Shown: positions 9,405 to 17,921 of the stretch, piece by piece | Layout: every line of letters starts with the position of its first letter | Position numbering within the stretch: the first letter of the stretch is position 1 | Notes under the pieces: model-generated | The model's database searches: none | Told to the model about the DNA's origin: nothing | Seen by the model: the letters and a program-made list of their open reading frames with translations, nothing else | Assembly: GCA_964370675.1 (NCBI GenBank) | Contig: CAYJKC010000007.1 | Coordinates: forward strand, 959 to 64,958 | Direction: 5' to 3' | Length of the DNA: 64,000 nt | DNA from: an uncultured Desulfovibrionaceae bacterium | GTDB taxonomy: Bacteria > Desulfobacterota > Desulfovibrionia > Desulfovibrionales > Desulfovibrionaceae | Made by a program: the position numbers and the translations under genes

Positions 9405-9882
9405 TAGTAACAGCCTTAACGACACAACTAAACTAGGTCAAAAACTTGGACTTGCTTTAAGTGAATATTACGAAAAACAAAGTTCATTGCCCATTCAAGC
9501 TATCTTATTGCGCGGCGACCTTGGTTGTGGCAAAACATGCTTAACACGTAGTTTAGTGCAAAGTTTCCCTCAAGTGAGCCAAGCAGAAGTTTCTAGCCCA
9601 AGCTTTACACTTTGTAATACTTATGACACGAGACCAGAAATTTTGCATGTTGACCTTTATCGTTGTGAGCATAACACTCCGCACGAAGTGTTTGAAGCCC
9701 TTGATATGTCAGATAATTTAGTCATTATTGAATGGGCAGAATTTTTACCAAGCTCAGCTTTACCCCAAAACTTTCTGGACATTTTTCTGAAGATATGCGA
9801 ACAAAGCAGGTCCATTAGCCTAAAGGCTCACGGACCTAAGGCTGAAATGTTTTTACAAAGCGTAAATTTAAACGCTGTATAA
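9391..9882 (+). CDS. tsaE: tRNA t6A biosynthesis ATPase TsaE
   Basis: P-loop GDLGCGKT and SPSFTL motif. I prefer the ATG at 9391 (MKTFNS), which overlaps the nnr stop, to the track start at 9358. Confidence 0.85.
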   Translation: MKTFNSNSLNDTTKLGQKLGLALSEYYEKQSSLPIQAILLRGDLGCGKTCLTRSLVQSFPQVSQAEVSSPSFTLCNTYDTRPEILHVDLYRCEHNTPHEVFEALDMSDNLVIIEWAEFLPSSALPQNFLDIFLKICEQSRSISLKAHGPKAEMFLQSVNLNAV

Positions 9883-9912
9883 GCTAAAAAAATAAACTAT
9901 GTTGGATGAACT

Positions 9913-11139
9913 ATGAAAATACTTGTGCAAAAATTTGGCGGCACATCCGTTGCCGACCTTGAGTGCATGCTACAAGTGCGAGAAAAGGTACAAGCAGGAC
10001 TTGAGCGCGGCTATAAAATGGTTGTGGTTCTATCTGCCAGAGCAGGTGATACCAATGCCTTGCTTGGCATTGCTAACATCTGGTCTGATAAACCAGACCC
10101 TGCTGAATGTGACAGCCTTGTTTCCACCGGAGAGCAAGTTTCTATAACACTTTTTTCTATGCTATTACAAGATGTTGGCATTAAAGCACGCTCTTTACTT
10201 GGTTATCAAATTCCCATTCTAACCGATGATGCATTTGGTAATGCACGCATATTGTCTATCGACAGCGAAGCTCTATATAACTATCTGGAAGAATATGATG
10301 TTTTAGTTGTAGCAGGCTTTCAAGGTAGTACTGCTGATAAGCGCATAACTACCCTCGGTCGAGGTGGTTCTGACACTTCTGCTGTAGCTGTAGCTGCTGC
10401 ATTGAACTCTGCTGAGTGCGAAATATATACCGATGTGGAAGGTGTTTTTACTACCGACCCCAACATATGTTCCTCAGCCCGTAAAATGGATAAAGTTTCC
10501 TATGACGAAATGCTTGAAATGGCCAGCATGGGAGCAAAAGTATTACATATTCGTTCCGTAGAATTTGCAAAAAAATATAAGGTCCCGGTACGCGTACGCT
10601 CAACATTTACCGATAACCCAGGAACCTTGGTAACTCAGGAGGATTCAACCATGGAAGCCGTACTCGTTTCTGGCATAGCTTATGACAAAGACCAAGCCCG
10701 CGTAACCTTACACGGTGTACCCGATAACCCAGGTATAGCTGCGGCTATTTTTGGTCCGCTATCTGAAAAAGGCATACTTGTGGATATGATTATTCAAAAC
10801 ACCAGCCGCGACGGTGTTACGGATATGACCTTTACCATATCACGCAAAGACTTACAAAACACCTTAAGCCTCATGGAAGAAATTTCTCAAAAAATTGGCG
10901 CCATGGAAGTACGACACGACACCAATGTGGCCAAGGTTTCTGCCATTGGTGTTGGCATGCGCAATCATAGTGGTGTTGCGGCAGCGGCTTTTGAAGCTCT
11001 ACAACAAGAAAACATCAATATCTTGATGATTAGCACCTCAGAAATTAAGATTACTATTCTTATTGACGAAAAGTATGTAGAGCTTGCGGTGCGTATTTTA
11101 CATGATAAATTTGGTCTTGATTGGGATATTGGCGGTTAG
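9913..11139 (+). CDS. lysC: Aspartate kinase
   Basis: 408 aa. VQKFGGTSV, GRGGSDTSA and two C-terminal ACT domains. Confidence 0.92.
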   Translation: MKILVQKFGGTSVADLECMLQVREKVQAGLERGYKMVVVLSARAGDTNALLGIANIWSDKPDPAECDSLVSTGEQVSITLFSMLLQDVGIKARSLLGYQIPILTDDAFGNARILSIDSEALYNYLEEYDVLVVAGFQGSTADKRITTLGRGGSDTSAVAVAAALNSAECEIYTDVEGVFTTDPNICSSARKMDKVSYDEMLEMASMGAKVLHIRSVEFAKKYKVPVRVRSTFTDNPGTLVTQEDSTMEAVLVSGIAYDKDQARVTLHGVPDNPGIAAAIFGPLSEKGILVDMIIQNTSRDGVTDMTFTISRKDLQNTLSLMEEISQKIGAMEVRHDTNVAKVSAIGVGMRNHSGVAAAAFEALQQENINILMISTSEIKITILIDEKYVELAVRILHDKFGLDWDIGG

Positions 11140-11159
11140 CTACTTTTTAAGCTTAAATC

Positions 11160-11211
11160 AAAAAAAGTTCAAACTGTCTATGTATTTTCATGGGCAGTTT
11201 GAACTTTTTTA
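11160..11211. terminator. Bidirectional rho-independent terminator between lysC (+) and clpA (-)
   Basis: 13-bp stem, agttcaaactgtc (11166-11178) with ggcagtttgaact (11193-11205), one G-T pair. An A-run lies upstream and a T-run downstream. Confidence 0.75.
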
Positions 11212-11257
11212 TTTGAAACAATATGCTACAATTTTAAACTAAATTTATAGCTCTGTA

Positions 11258-13477
11258 TTAATAGGTAAATTTAAGGTTATCATCATTATCAACATCAATA
11301 GTCACAGTTCCACCACGCACAAGTTTACCAAAAAGAAGTTCTTGCGCTAGCACATCTTCAATTTCGCTACGGATAATGCGCTGTAATGGTCTTGCACCGT
11401 AAATGGGGTCATAGCCTTTTTTGGCAAGCCATGCCTTGCCCTCTGGGCTTAAGACAATTTTTACTTTGTTTGCAGCTAAGCTCGTAGAGAGTTTAGCTAT
11501 AAATTTATCAACAATATTTCCCATGAGCTCTGGGCTTAGTCCACTAAAGGGAATAATAGCATCAAGTCTATTTCTAAACTCTGGTGAAAAAATATTTTCT
11601 ACAGCTTTTAGACCTTTTTCTGCCAAATTTTCTGACGTTTTTTCTCCAAAGCCAAGGTTGGATTTAGTCATATCACGCACACCTGCATTGGAGGTCATAA
11701 TAATAATCACATTACGAAAATCTGCTTTACGCCCTGTATTATCAGTTAAAGTGCCATAATCCATAACCTGCAATAATACATTAAAAATATCTTCATGGGC
11801 TTTTTCTATTTCATCAAGCAAAACCAATGAATGAGGAGCTTTGCGTATGGCTTCTGTAAGTTGACCGCCTTGTTCAAAGCCAACATAACCGGGAGGAGCT
11901 CCGATAAAGCGTGATACAGCGTGTTTTTCCATATATTCGCTCATATCATAGCGCAAAAATTGCACACCCAAACGATCTGCCAATTGCTTTGCAAGTTCAG
12001 TCTTACCTACTCCTGTGGGACCATAAAAAAGAAAGCACCCTGCAGGACGCTGCTCTGCATTAAGCCCGGCTCGTGAGCGCAAAATTGCTTTAACTGTTTG
12101 GTTTACTGCAATATCTTGCCCAAATACTTTTGAGCGTACATCTTGCTCAAGAGTGGCTAGGCGTTCTTTTTCTTGTCCTGAAACAGAACGTTCTGGAATG
12201 CCAGCCATGCGCGCTACCACCCTTTCTATATCTTGCACACTAACCCTTGCTTTTTTGCTACTATTACTTTTAAGACGAACTGACGCACCAGCTTCATCCA
12301 TAACATCAATGGCTTTATCTGGTAAAAGCCTATCTTGCATATGCCTTGCTGATAACTCCACAGTAGCTTTGAGCGTAGTCGCAGAGTAGCTAACATTGTG
12401 ATGTTTGGCATAACGCGTTTGCAAACCTTGTAAGATGGCAAGACATTCTTCTTCAGAAGGTTCTTGAATATCTACACGTTGGAAACGCCGTGATAGGGCC
12501 CGATCCTTTTCTAAATGATTGCGAAATTCCTCATGTGTTGTGGAACCCATGCAACGAATTTCGCCACTGGCAAGCACAGGCTTTAATAAATTGGAAGCAT
12601 CCAAAGAGCCACCAGACGTAGAACCTGCACCAACAATGGTATGTATTTCATCAATAAATAAAATGGCATTAGGCACTTTTTTTAATGATGATATAACTCC
12701 TTTAAGTCTATTTTCAAAATCACCACGATAACGCGCACCAGCAAGAAGACTACCCATGTCTAGGGCAAAAATTCGGGCAGATTTAAACATTTCAGGAACT
12801 TTGCCTTCTACTATACGTAAAGCCAAACCTTCTGCAATGGCAGTTTTTCCAACTCCAGGTTCACCCACAAAAAGAGGATTATTCTTACGCCTACGGCATA
12901 AAACTTCCACTGTGCGGTCAAGTTCTTGCTCACGTCCCACAAGAGGATCAATATTGCCAGAAAAAGCCTTGGCTGTGAGTTCAATGGCATAGCGCGCAAG
13001 GGGATCTCCCTCTACACCTTCTTTAGATGAAACACCACTTGAGCCAGTGCCTAGTTCACCGTGCGAAATATACTCCAAAACATGCTCACGCGTAACACCT
13101 TGTTTTTTTAGGTAATGACTAGCATATGCATCCTTTTCTTCCATAAGTGCAGCAAGTACATCACCAAGTTCTACTAAATCACGCCCAGCTAAACGTATAT
13201 GTCGTAAAGCGCTTTCTAAAACACGTTGAACACCATCGGTTTGTAAAACCTCGCTCATATTATCTTCGTCGCGCAATTCCATATTTTGTGAAAAAAATTC
13301 TTCCAATTGATCGCGCAAAATAGCGGGACTTGCCCCACAACCTTCAAGTAATATACGACCATAATCTTCTGCGGTCATGGCATATAATAAATGCTCAAGG
13401 GTTAAAAACTCATGTTTGCGGCGATGCACATCTTGCAAAGCAAAATGCAAAACCCTTTGTAAATGTTTACCAAGCAT
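11258..13477 (-). CDS. clpA: ATP-dependent Clp protease ATP-binding subunit ClpA
   Basis: 739 aa. Clp_N repeat and two AAA+ modules (GEPGVGKT, GPTGVGKT). Confidence 0.93.
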   Translation of the reverse strand: MLGKHLQRVLHFALQDVHRRKHEFLTLEHLLYAMTAEDYGRILLEGCGASPAILRDQLEEFFSQNMELRDEDNMSEVLQTDGVQRVLESALRHIRLAGRDLVELGDVLAALMEEKDAYASHYLKKQGVTREHVLEYISHGELGTGSSGVSSKEGVEGDPLARYAIELTAKAFSGNIDPLVGREQELDRTVEVLCRRRKNNPLFVGEPGVGKTAIAEGLALRIVEGKVPEMFKSARIFALDMGSLLAGARYRGDFENRLKGVISSLKKVPNAILFIDEIHTIVGAGSTSGGSLDASNLLKPVLASGEIRCMGSTTHEEFRNHLEKDRALSRRFQRVDIQEPSEEECLAILQGLQTRYAKHHNVSYSATTLKATVELSARHMQDRLLPDKAIDVMDEAGASVRLKSNSSKKARVSVQDIERVVARMAGIPERSVSGQEKERLATLEQDVRSKVFGQDIAVNQTVKAILRSRAGLNAEQRPAGCFLFYGPTGVGKTELAKQLADRLGVQFLRYDMSEYMEKHAVSRFIGAPPGYVGFEQGGQLTEAIRKAPHSLVLLDEIEKAHEDIFNVLLQVMDYGTLTDNTGRKADFRNVIIIMTSNAGVRDMTKSNLGFGEKTSENLAEKGLKAVENIFSPEFRNRLDAIIPFSGLSPELMGNIVDKFIAKLSTSLAANKVKIVLSPEGKAWLAKKGYDPIYGARPLQRIIRSEIEDVLAQELLFGKLVRGGTVTIDVDNDDNLKFTY

Positions 13478-13513
13478 AAAAAATCCTTAAATATTCGTAA
13501 AATATTTTAAATA

Positions 13514-13831
13514 CTAACTATCTTCTTCTAATGTGCAGCGCAAAGGAAAACCAGCTTCACGCGCCATAATACGAGTTTGACGTACCTTAGTTTCTGCAAT
13601 TTCATGGGTGTAAATACCGCATAAACCAATACCATTTTGATGCACTGACAACATAATTGCGGTTGCATCTTCAACGCTTTTCTTAAAAACTTTCATAAGC
13701 ACATGCACAACAAATTCCATGCTTGTATAGTCATCATTGTGTAAAAGCACTTTATATTTTCTAGGTTCGCGCAAATCTTCTTCTAGCAATATATCACTAT
13801 CATATTGAGTATTGGAGTGCGGTTTATCCAT
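13514..13831 (-). CDS. clpS: Clp protease adaptor ClpS
   Basis: 105 aa. KVLLHNDDYTSMEFVVHVL motif. Immediately upstream of clpA. Confidence 0.92.
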   Translation of the reverse strand: MDKPHSNTQYDSDILLEEDLREPRKYKVLLHNDDYTSMEFVVHVLMKVFKKSVEDATAIMLSVHQNGIGLCGIYTHEIAETKVRQTRIMAREAGFPLRCTLEEDS

Positions 13832-14151
13832 TTAGTTAATTCCTTTACTGAGCAAAAAAATATTCCAGCCGTATAGCTTGTCTAAGTTTAAAAACTCATT
13901 TTATTTTGCTTCATATTAACATTTGCCAATGCTCCAAAGTATTCGCACAAAAATTGTTCAGCTGCTTTACATTTGTACAAGCAACAAGTAAGCACTTAGA
14001 GATATTGGTCAAGATGCAATACACGCAATAAAATTTTGCAAAATTTTTCTCGGGGTGGAGTATGCCACTTAAACGCACCTTATGGCAAGAAATATGCAAA
14101 AAATATTTCCTATTAAATTACTAAGGTAGCATTAAAAATGTAGATTGAGAG

Positions 14152-15489
14152 TTATTTTTTAGAAAAAAGTCTTTGTTGTAATTGCATGACAGTATTAAGA
14201 CCTTGTTTTTCTACTTGCGGATGAAAAATTGGTTCGTAGCCAAGGCGAGAAGCTTGAGCAAAGCGGATATCTTGCGCGCTAACGGTGCGAACTTGCCCAT
14301 TTAAATCAACCTCACCCCAAAGCACCGCGCGTTCAGGTAAGGCTATGTCATAAAATGATGAAAGTACGGCTGCCACCAAAGCTAAGTCCATGCCTGGGTC
14401 ATCAAGGCGCATACCACCGCCCACTTTGGCATAAATATCCACCTGCCCAAAATTCAATTTGAGGCGTTTTTCTAATACTGCCAATAAAAGATGTAGCCGA
14501 TTAGTATCAAAACCAAGGGCAGTACGCCTTGGTATTGCCAAGTAAGTTTTTGACACAAGAGCTTGTATCTCAACAGCAAAAGGTCTATGCCCATCAACAG
14601 CCATTACCACAGCTGTGCCACTTAATGAGGCATCACGCGCACCTAAAAAAAATGTTGATGGATCTTCCACCAACTCCATGCCATTACTGGTCATGTGAAA
14701 AACTAGCAATTCTTCATTAGGCCCAAAACGATTTTTAAATACCCTTAATAACCTAAACATTTGACGACGATCTCCTTCAAGAGATATGACCGTATCCACC
14801 ATATGTTCAAGCAAGCGCGGACCTGCTAATGTACCTTCCTTGGTTACATGCCCAACCAAGACCAAGCAAGTGCCAGAGCTGCGACATTTTTCAATAAGAT
14901 CAGTCGCCACAGCACGCACTTGGCTTACATTTCCCGGTAACCCCTCTGCTTCCATGCTACTTAGGGTTTGAACTGAGTCTACAATCAAAAGGGCTGGAGG
15001 GTCATTATTAAGAATAGGGTGTAAATCTTCCACTTGTACAGTGGCTAATGCCCATAAGTTATCATGTAATATATTAAGTCGTTGCCCACGATTCTTAATT
15101 TGGGGCAATGATTCTTCACCACTGGCATAAACAACCCTATGCCCTTGTGCTGCCACATAGCCAGCTAATTGCAAAAGCAAGGTGGACTTACCAATGCCCG
15201 GCTCTCCACCCATTAAAATGGCAGATCCAGGTACAAAACCCTGCCCAAGAATTCTGTTGAGTGGGCTAAGACCTGAGCTAAAAGCTGCATGACCTTGCTC
15301 GCTAACAGCCTTAAGGGGCATTGGGCTTTTGCCATCATGGTGCTGTTTTAATTTAGATTTGATATTTTTGACTAAGGCTACTTCTAGGGTATTCCAAGCT
15401 TGACAAGCCAAGCATTGTCCACGCCACTGCGCACTTTGTGCACCACAGGCTGAGCAAATATAATTTTCACGCACTTTTGCCATAGTCAA
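14152..15489 (-). CDS. radA: DNA repair protein RadA/Sms
   Basis: 445 aa. N-terminal Zn ribbon (CSACG...C..C), Walker A GEPGIGKST, KNRFG motif and Lon-like C-terminal domain. Confidence 0.93.
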   Translation of the reverse strand: MTMAKVRENYICSACGAQSAQWRGQCLACQAWNTLEVALVKNIKSKLKQHHDGKSPMPLKAVSEQGHAAFSSGLSPLNRILGQGFVPGSAILMGGEPGIGKSTLLLQLAGYVAAQGHRVVYASGEESLPQIKNRGQRLNILHDNLWALATVQVEDLHPILNNDPPALLIVDSVQTLSSMEAEGLPGNVSQVRAVATDLIEKCRSSGTCLVLVGHVTKEGTLAGPRLLEHMVDTVISLEGDRRQMFRLLRVFKNRFGPNEELLVFHMTSNGMELVEDPSTFFLGARDASLSGTAVVMAVDGHRPFAVEIQALVSKTYLAIPRRTALGFDTNRLHLLLAVLEKRLKLNFGQVDIYAKVGGGMRLDDPGMDLALVAAVLSSFYDIALPERAVLWGEVDLNGQVRTVSAQDIRFAQASRLGYEPIFHPQVEKQGLNTVMQLQQRLFSKK

Positions 15490-15568
15490 CCTGCTTGTTT
15501 TTGATAGGTAGGCACATTAAACTTATAAATACAAAATGTTAAGCACAATTCATCTCTAAGAGTAAAAA

Positions 15569-16363
15569 TTATTCAGCTTCCACATCCTTAGCACTGATAA
15601 TTTTAACCCCAAATTCTGCCACATCTGGCGGTGGATTATAAAATAACACCATAAAAGGCACTTCGCCATTGGGTGGAACATTGGTATTTCTGCTTAAAAT
15701 CTCAATTTGATTAGTTAAAAAAGATTCCAACTCTTCTTCACCAAGAACTTGGAGCTGAAAAAGCGATAACACCGTCCCTGCCAATTGTTTTTTAAGCATT
15801 AGGGTATTTTTATCCTTACCATATATAGCAGCTTCAACTTCTATAAGATCCTTTGGGGCAGGAAATTCATTAACAACCAATCCCTCTATGACAAACACAG
15901 AGCCAATTTTTTCATTTTCTACATAATATTGGCGTACATTACGCATGGTCATAAGCTCAACACTTTTAGCAAGAGCAGCGGCGTCTTGGGGTACTGGAGC
16001 ACTCATGTAATTAATATAATACCAAAACCCACCTGCTCCACCGCCGCATAATACAAGAAGTATTATAACCAGTGTTATAATCTTATTTTTTTTGTTCTTG
16101 GGCTTTTTACCTTTGGATGAGCTATCAAGGTCTAAACTAGCATCACCTGCTGAACTATCAAGGTCTAAATTAGAATCACCAGAATCATCCATAGGCGCGT
16201 CTGCCGGCGCGTCTGTTGGTGCATTTACTGGAGGTTCTTCAGCAAGAGAAGCTTCAAGAGTAAAAACATTCTTACATACCGAACAACGAAACTTCGCATT
16301 GGTGCGAACAACTTCGTCGGCTAGGTTAAACCTACTAGAGCATTCTGGGCATTTTACTTCCAT
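15569..16363 (-). CDS. MJ0042-type zinc-ribbon protein with a TM helix and DUF3426-like C-terminal domain
   Basis: MEVKCPECSSRFNL...FRCSVCKNVF, an acidic and Ser-rich linker, a K-rich stretch, one TM helix and a C-terminal beta-rich domain. Start taken at MEVKCPEC. Confidence 0.6.
   Translation of the reverse strand: MEVKCPECSSRFNLADEVVRTNAKFRCSVCKNVFTLEASLAEEPPVNAPTDAPADAPMDDSGDSNLDLDSSAGDASLDLDSSSKGKKPKNKKNKIITLVIILLVLCGGGAGGFWYYINYMSAPVPQDAAALAKSVELMTMRNVRQYYVENEKIGSVFVIEGLVVNEFPAPKDLIEVEAAIYGKDKNTLMLKKQLAGTVLSLFQLQVLGEEELESFLTNQIEILSRNTNVPPNGEVPFMVLFYNPPPDVAEFGVKIISAKDVEAE
16122..16180. repeat. In-frame 33-bp tandem duplication inside the zinc-ribbon protein linker
   Basis: ctatcaaggtctaaactagcatcacc (16122-16147) and ctatcaaggtctaaattagaatcacc (16155-16180), period 33 nt. 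Together they encode the reiterated (A/N)(S/L)DLDSS peptide. Confidence 0.7.
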
Positions 16364-16430
16364 AATTCTAAGCACCTACATAAATGAACTATTAATGTCA
16401 TTACATTTATTTTCAGAACCTATTAAGCAT

Positions 16431-16961
16431 TTATTCAAAAACTACTTCAAAAATTCCACATAAATTACGATAATGTTCCGCATAATCAAGACCATAGCCA
16501 ACAACAAAGCCGCTGGCAATACTAAAACCCATAAAATCTGGGAAAATTTTTATTTCGCGTCGCTCAGTCTTATCCACAAACGCAGCAGAGCGCACCGACA
16601 AAGCACCGGACTTAGAAAATTTATCTAATAAATATTGCATACTATGCCCTGTATCTATTATATCTTCTACAATCAATACATGCTTGCCACTAAGATTAGT
16701 GCTCACGTCTTTTGAGCAAACTATATTGTGTGATGACTCATGCTCATTACCATAACTTGAAAGACAAACAAAATCGAGCTCCACATCGCTTCTTGGTATG
16801 GCACGAAATAAGTCTGCACAAAATAAAGCTGCCCCCTTTAGCACGCCCACAAGCACTAGAGGTTTGTTGTCATAGTAGGAGTGTATGTCCTTTCCCATTT
16901 CTCTAATGCGAGTTTCAATATCTTTAGCAGATAAAACTTCTTTTAATGTATGAGCTTGCAT
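16431..16961 (-). CDS. hpt: Hypoxanthine phosphoribosyltransferase
   Basis: 176 aa. PRPP motif VLIVEDIIDTGHS and GYGLDY. Confidence 0.92.
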   Translation of the reverse strand: MQAHTLKEVLSAKDIETRIREMGKDIHSYYDNKPLVLVGVLKGAALFCADLFRAIPRSDVELDFVCLSSYGNEHESSHNIVCSKDVSTNLSGKHVLIVEDIIDTGHSMQYLLDKFSKSGALSVRSAAFVDKTERREIKIFPDFMGFSIASGFVVGYGLDYAEHYRNLCGIFEVVFE

Positions 16962-16968
16962 AATAGCC

Positions 16969-17445
16969 TCATGATAGTTTTAACAAAACTGCAGTTTCGT
17001 CACAATCTGGATATTTAGGACAATGCACACAATCAGCCCAAATTTTTTGGGGCAATACGTCTTTATCCACTACGCTAAAACCTAAACATTGAAAAAAATC
17101 TTCCTGATAAGTAAGGGCAAAGGCTGTATCAATACCAAGGTCTCTACAGTCGCCAAGACATGTCTCCACAATTTTACGCCCAAGACCACGCTTGCGATAT
17201 GAGTCATGCACAACCAAGGAACAAATTTCTGCAAGATTATCCCACATGGGAGATAATGCGCAACAAGCTAAAATATCACCTTGATCAGTTTCTGCCACAT
17301 AAAAATCACGAATATGCCTATAAAGATGGCTTAAAGCCCGTGGCAATAAAAGACCTTGCTTAGCACAATCCATGAGTAATGCGTGAATACCCTTCACATC
17401 ACCCATATGTGCTCTACGAATTGTCAGATTTGGCATTAGCTTCAT
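16969..17445 (-). CDS. GNAT-family N-acetyltransferase (short ArgA-like), with a C-terminal Cys cluster
   Basis: 158 aa. Acetyl-CoA motif RKRGLGRKIV, and a CVHCPKYPDC tail. Confidence 0.7.
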   Translation of the reverse strand: MKLMPNLTIRRAHMGDVKGIHALLMDCAKQGLLLPRALSHLYRHIRDFYVAETDQGDILACCALSPMWDNLAEICSLVVHDSYRKRGLGRKIVETCLGDCRDLGIDTAFALTYQEDFFQCLGFSVVDKDVLPQKIWADCVHCPKYPDCDETAVLLKLS

Positions 17446-17911
17446 CCTCTAACAGCACCTTGATAAATTGTTCTAATTCTTCTTCGGTCACTAATCCAGA
17501 AGTATTAGCCACCAATTTACCATTTTTATCATATACAAGATTATGAGGTATGGTTTGCACCTTAAAAGCTTGAGCTAGGCTTAACTCTGCTAAATAAAGT
17601 GGATAATTTATTTTCATGGACTTGACAAAATCTGGCAATTTTCTTGGGTCTTCATCAACAGAAAGACCAATTACTACCACATCATTAGCCATATTTTCTG
17701 CAACTTTTACAAGACCAGGAATTTCTTCGCGGCAAGGTGGGCACCATGTAGCAAAAAAATTAACCAATACAATCTTACCCTTATGGCTAGCAATTAGTTC
17801 TTGATAGCTTTTAGGATTAACACTTTCTAAATCAGCAGCATAGGCAAACTGAGTACCATAAACGCTTAAAAAAATCCCAAAACATAATATTAATGTAAAA
17901 AATCGTTTCAT
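17414..17911 (-). CDS. TlpA/ResA-like periplasmic thiol:disulfide oxidoreductase
   Basis: Signal peptide and thioredoxin motif FFATWCPPCREE. Start taken at MKRFFTLIL (17911), 10 nt after the metH stop. Confidence 0.78.
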   Translation of the reverse strand: MKRFFTLILCFGIFLSVYGTQFAYAADLESVNPKSYQELIASHKGKIVLVNFFATWCPPCREEIPGLVKVAENMANDVVVIGLSVDEDPRKLPDFVKSMKINYPLYLAELSLAQAFKVQTIPHNLVYDKNGKLVANTSGLVTEEELEQFIKVLLEDEANAKSDNS

Positions 17912-17921
17912 AATCATTTTC

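Noticed and set aside
13911-14099. A 62-aa ORF in the 320-bp spacer between radA and clpS.
   Set aside because: It has no RBS or recognisable motif and a Cys/Leu-rich odd composition. The spacer is more simply the clpS-clpA promoter and leader region. I found no convincing sigma54 or sigma32 box by eye, so I do not annotate one.
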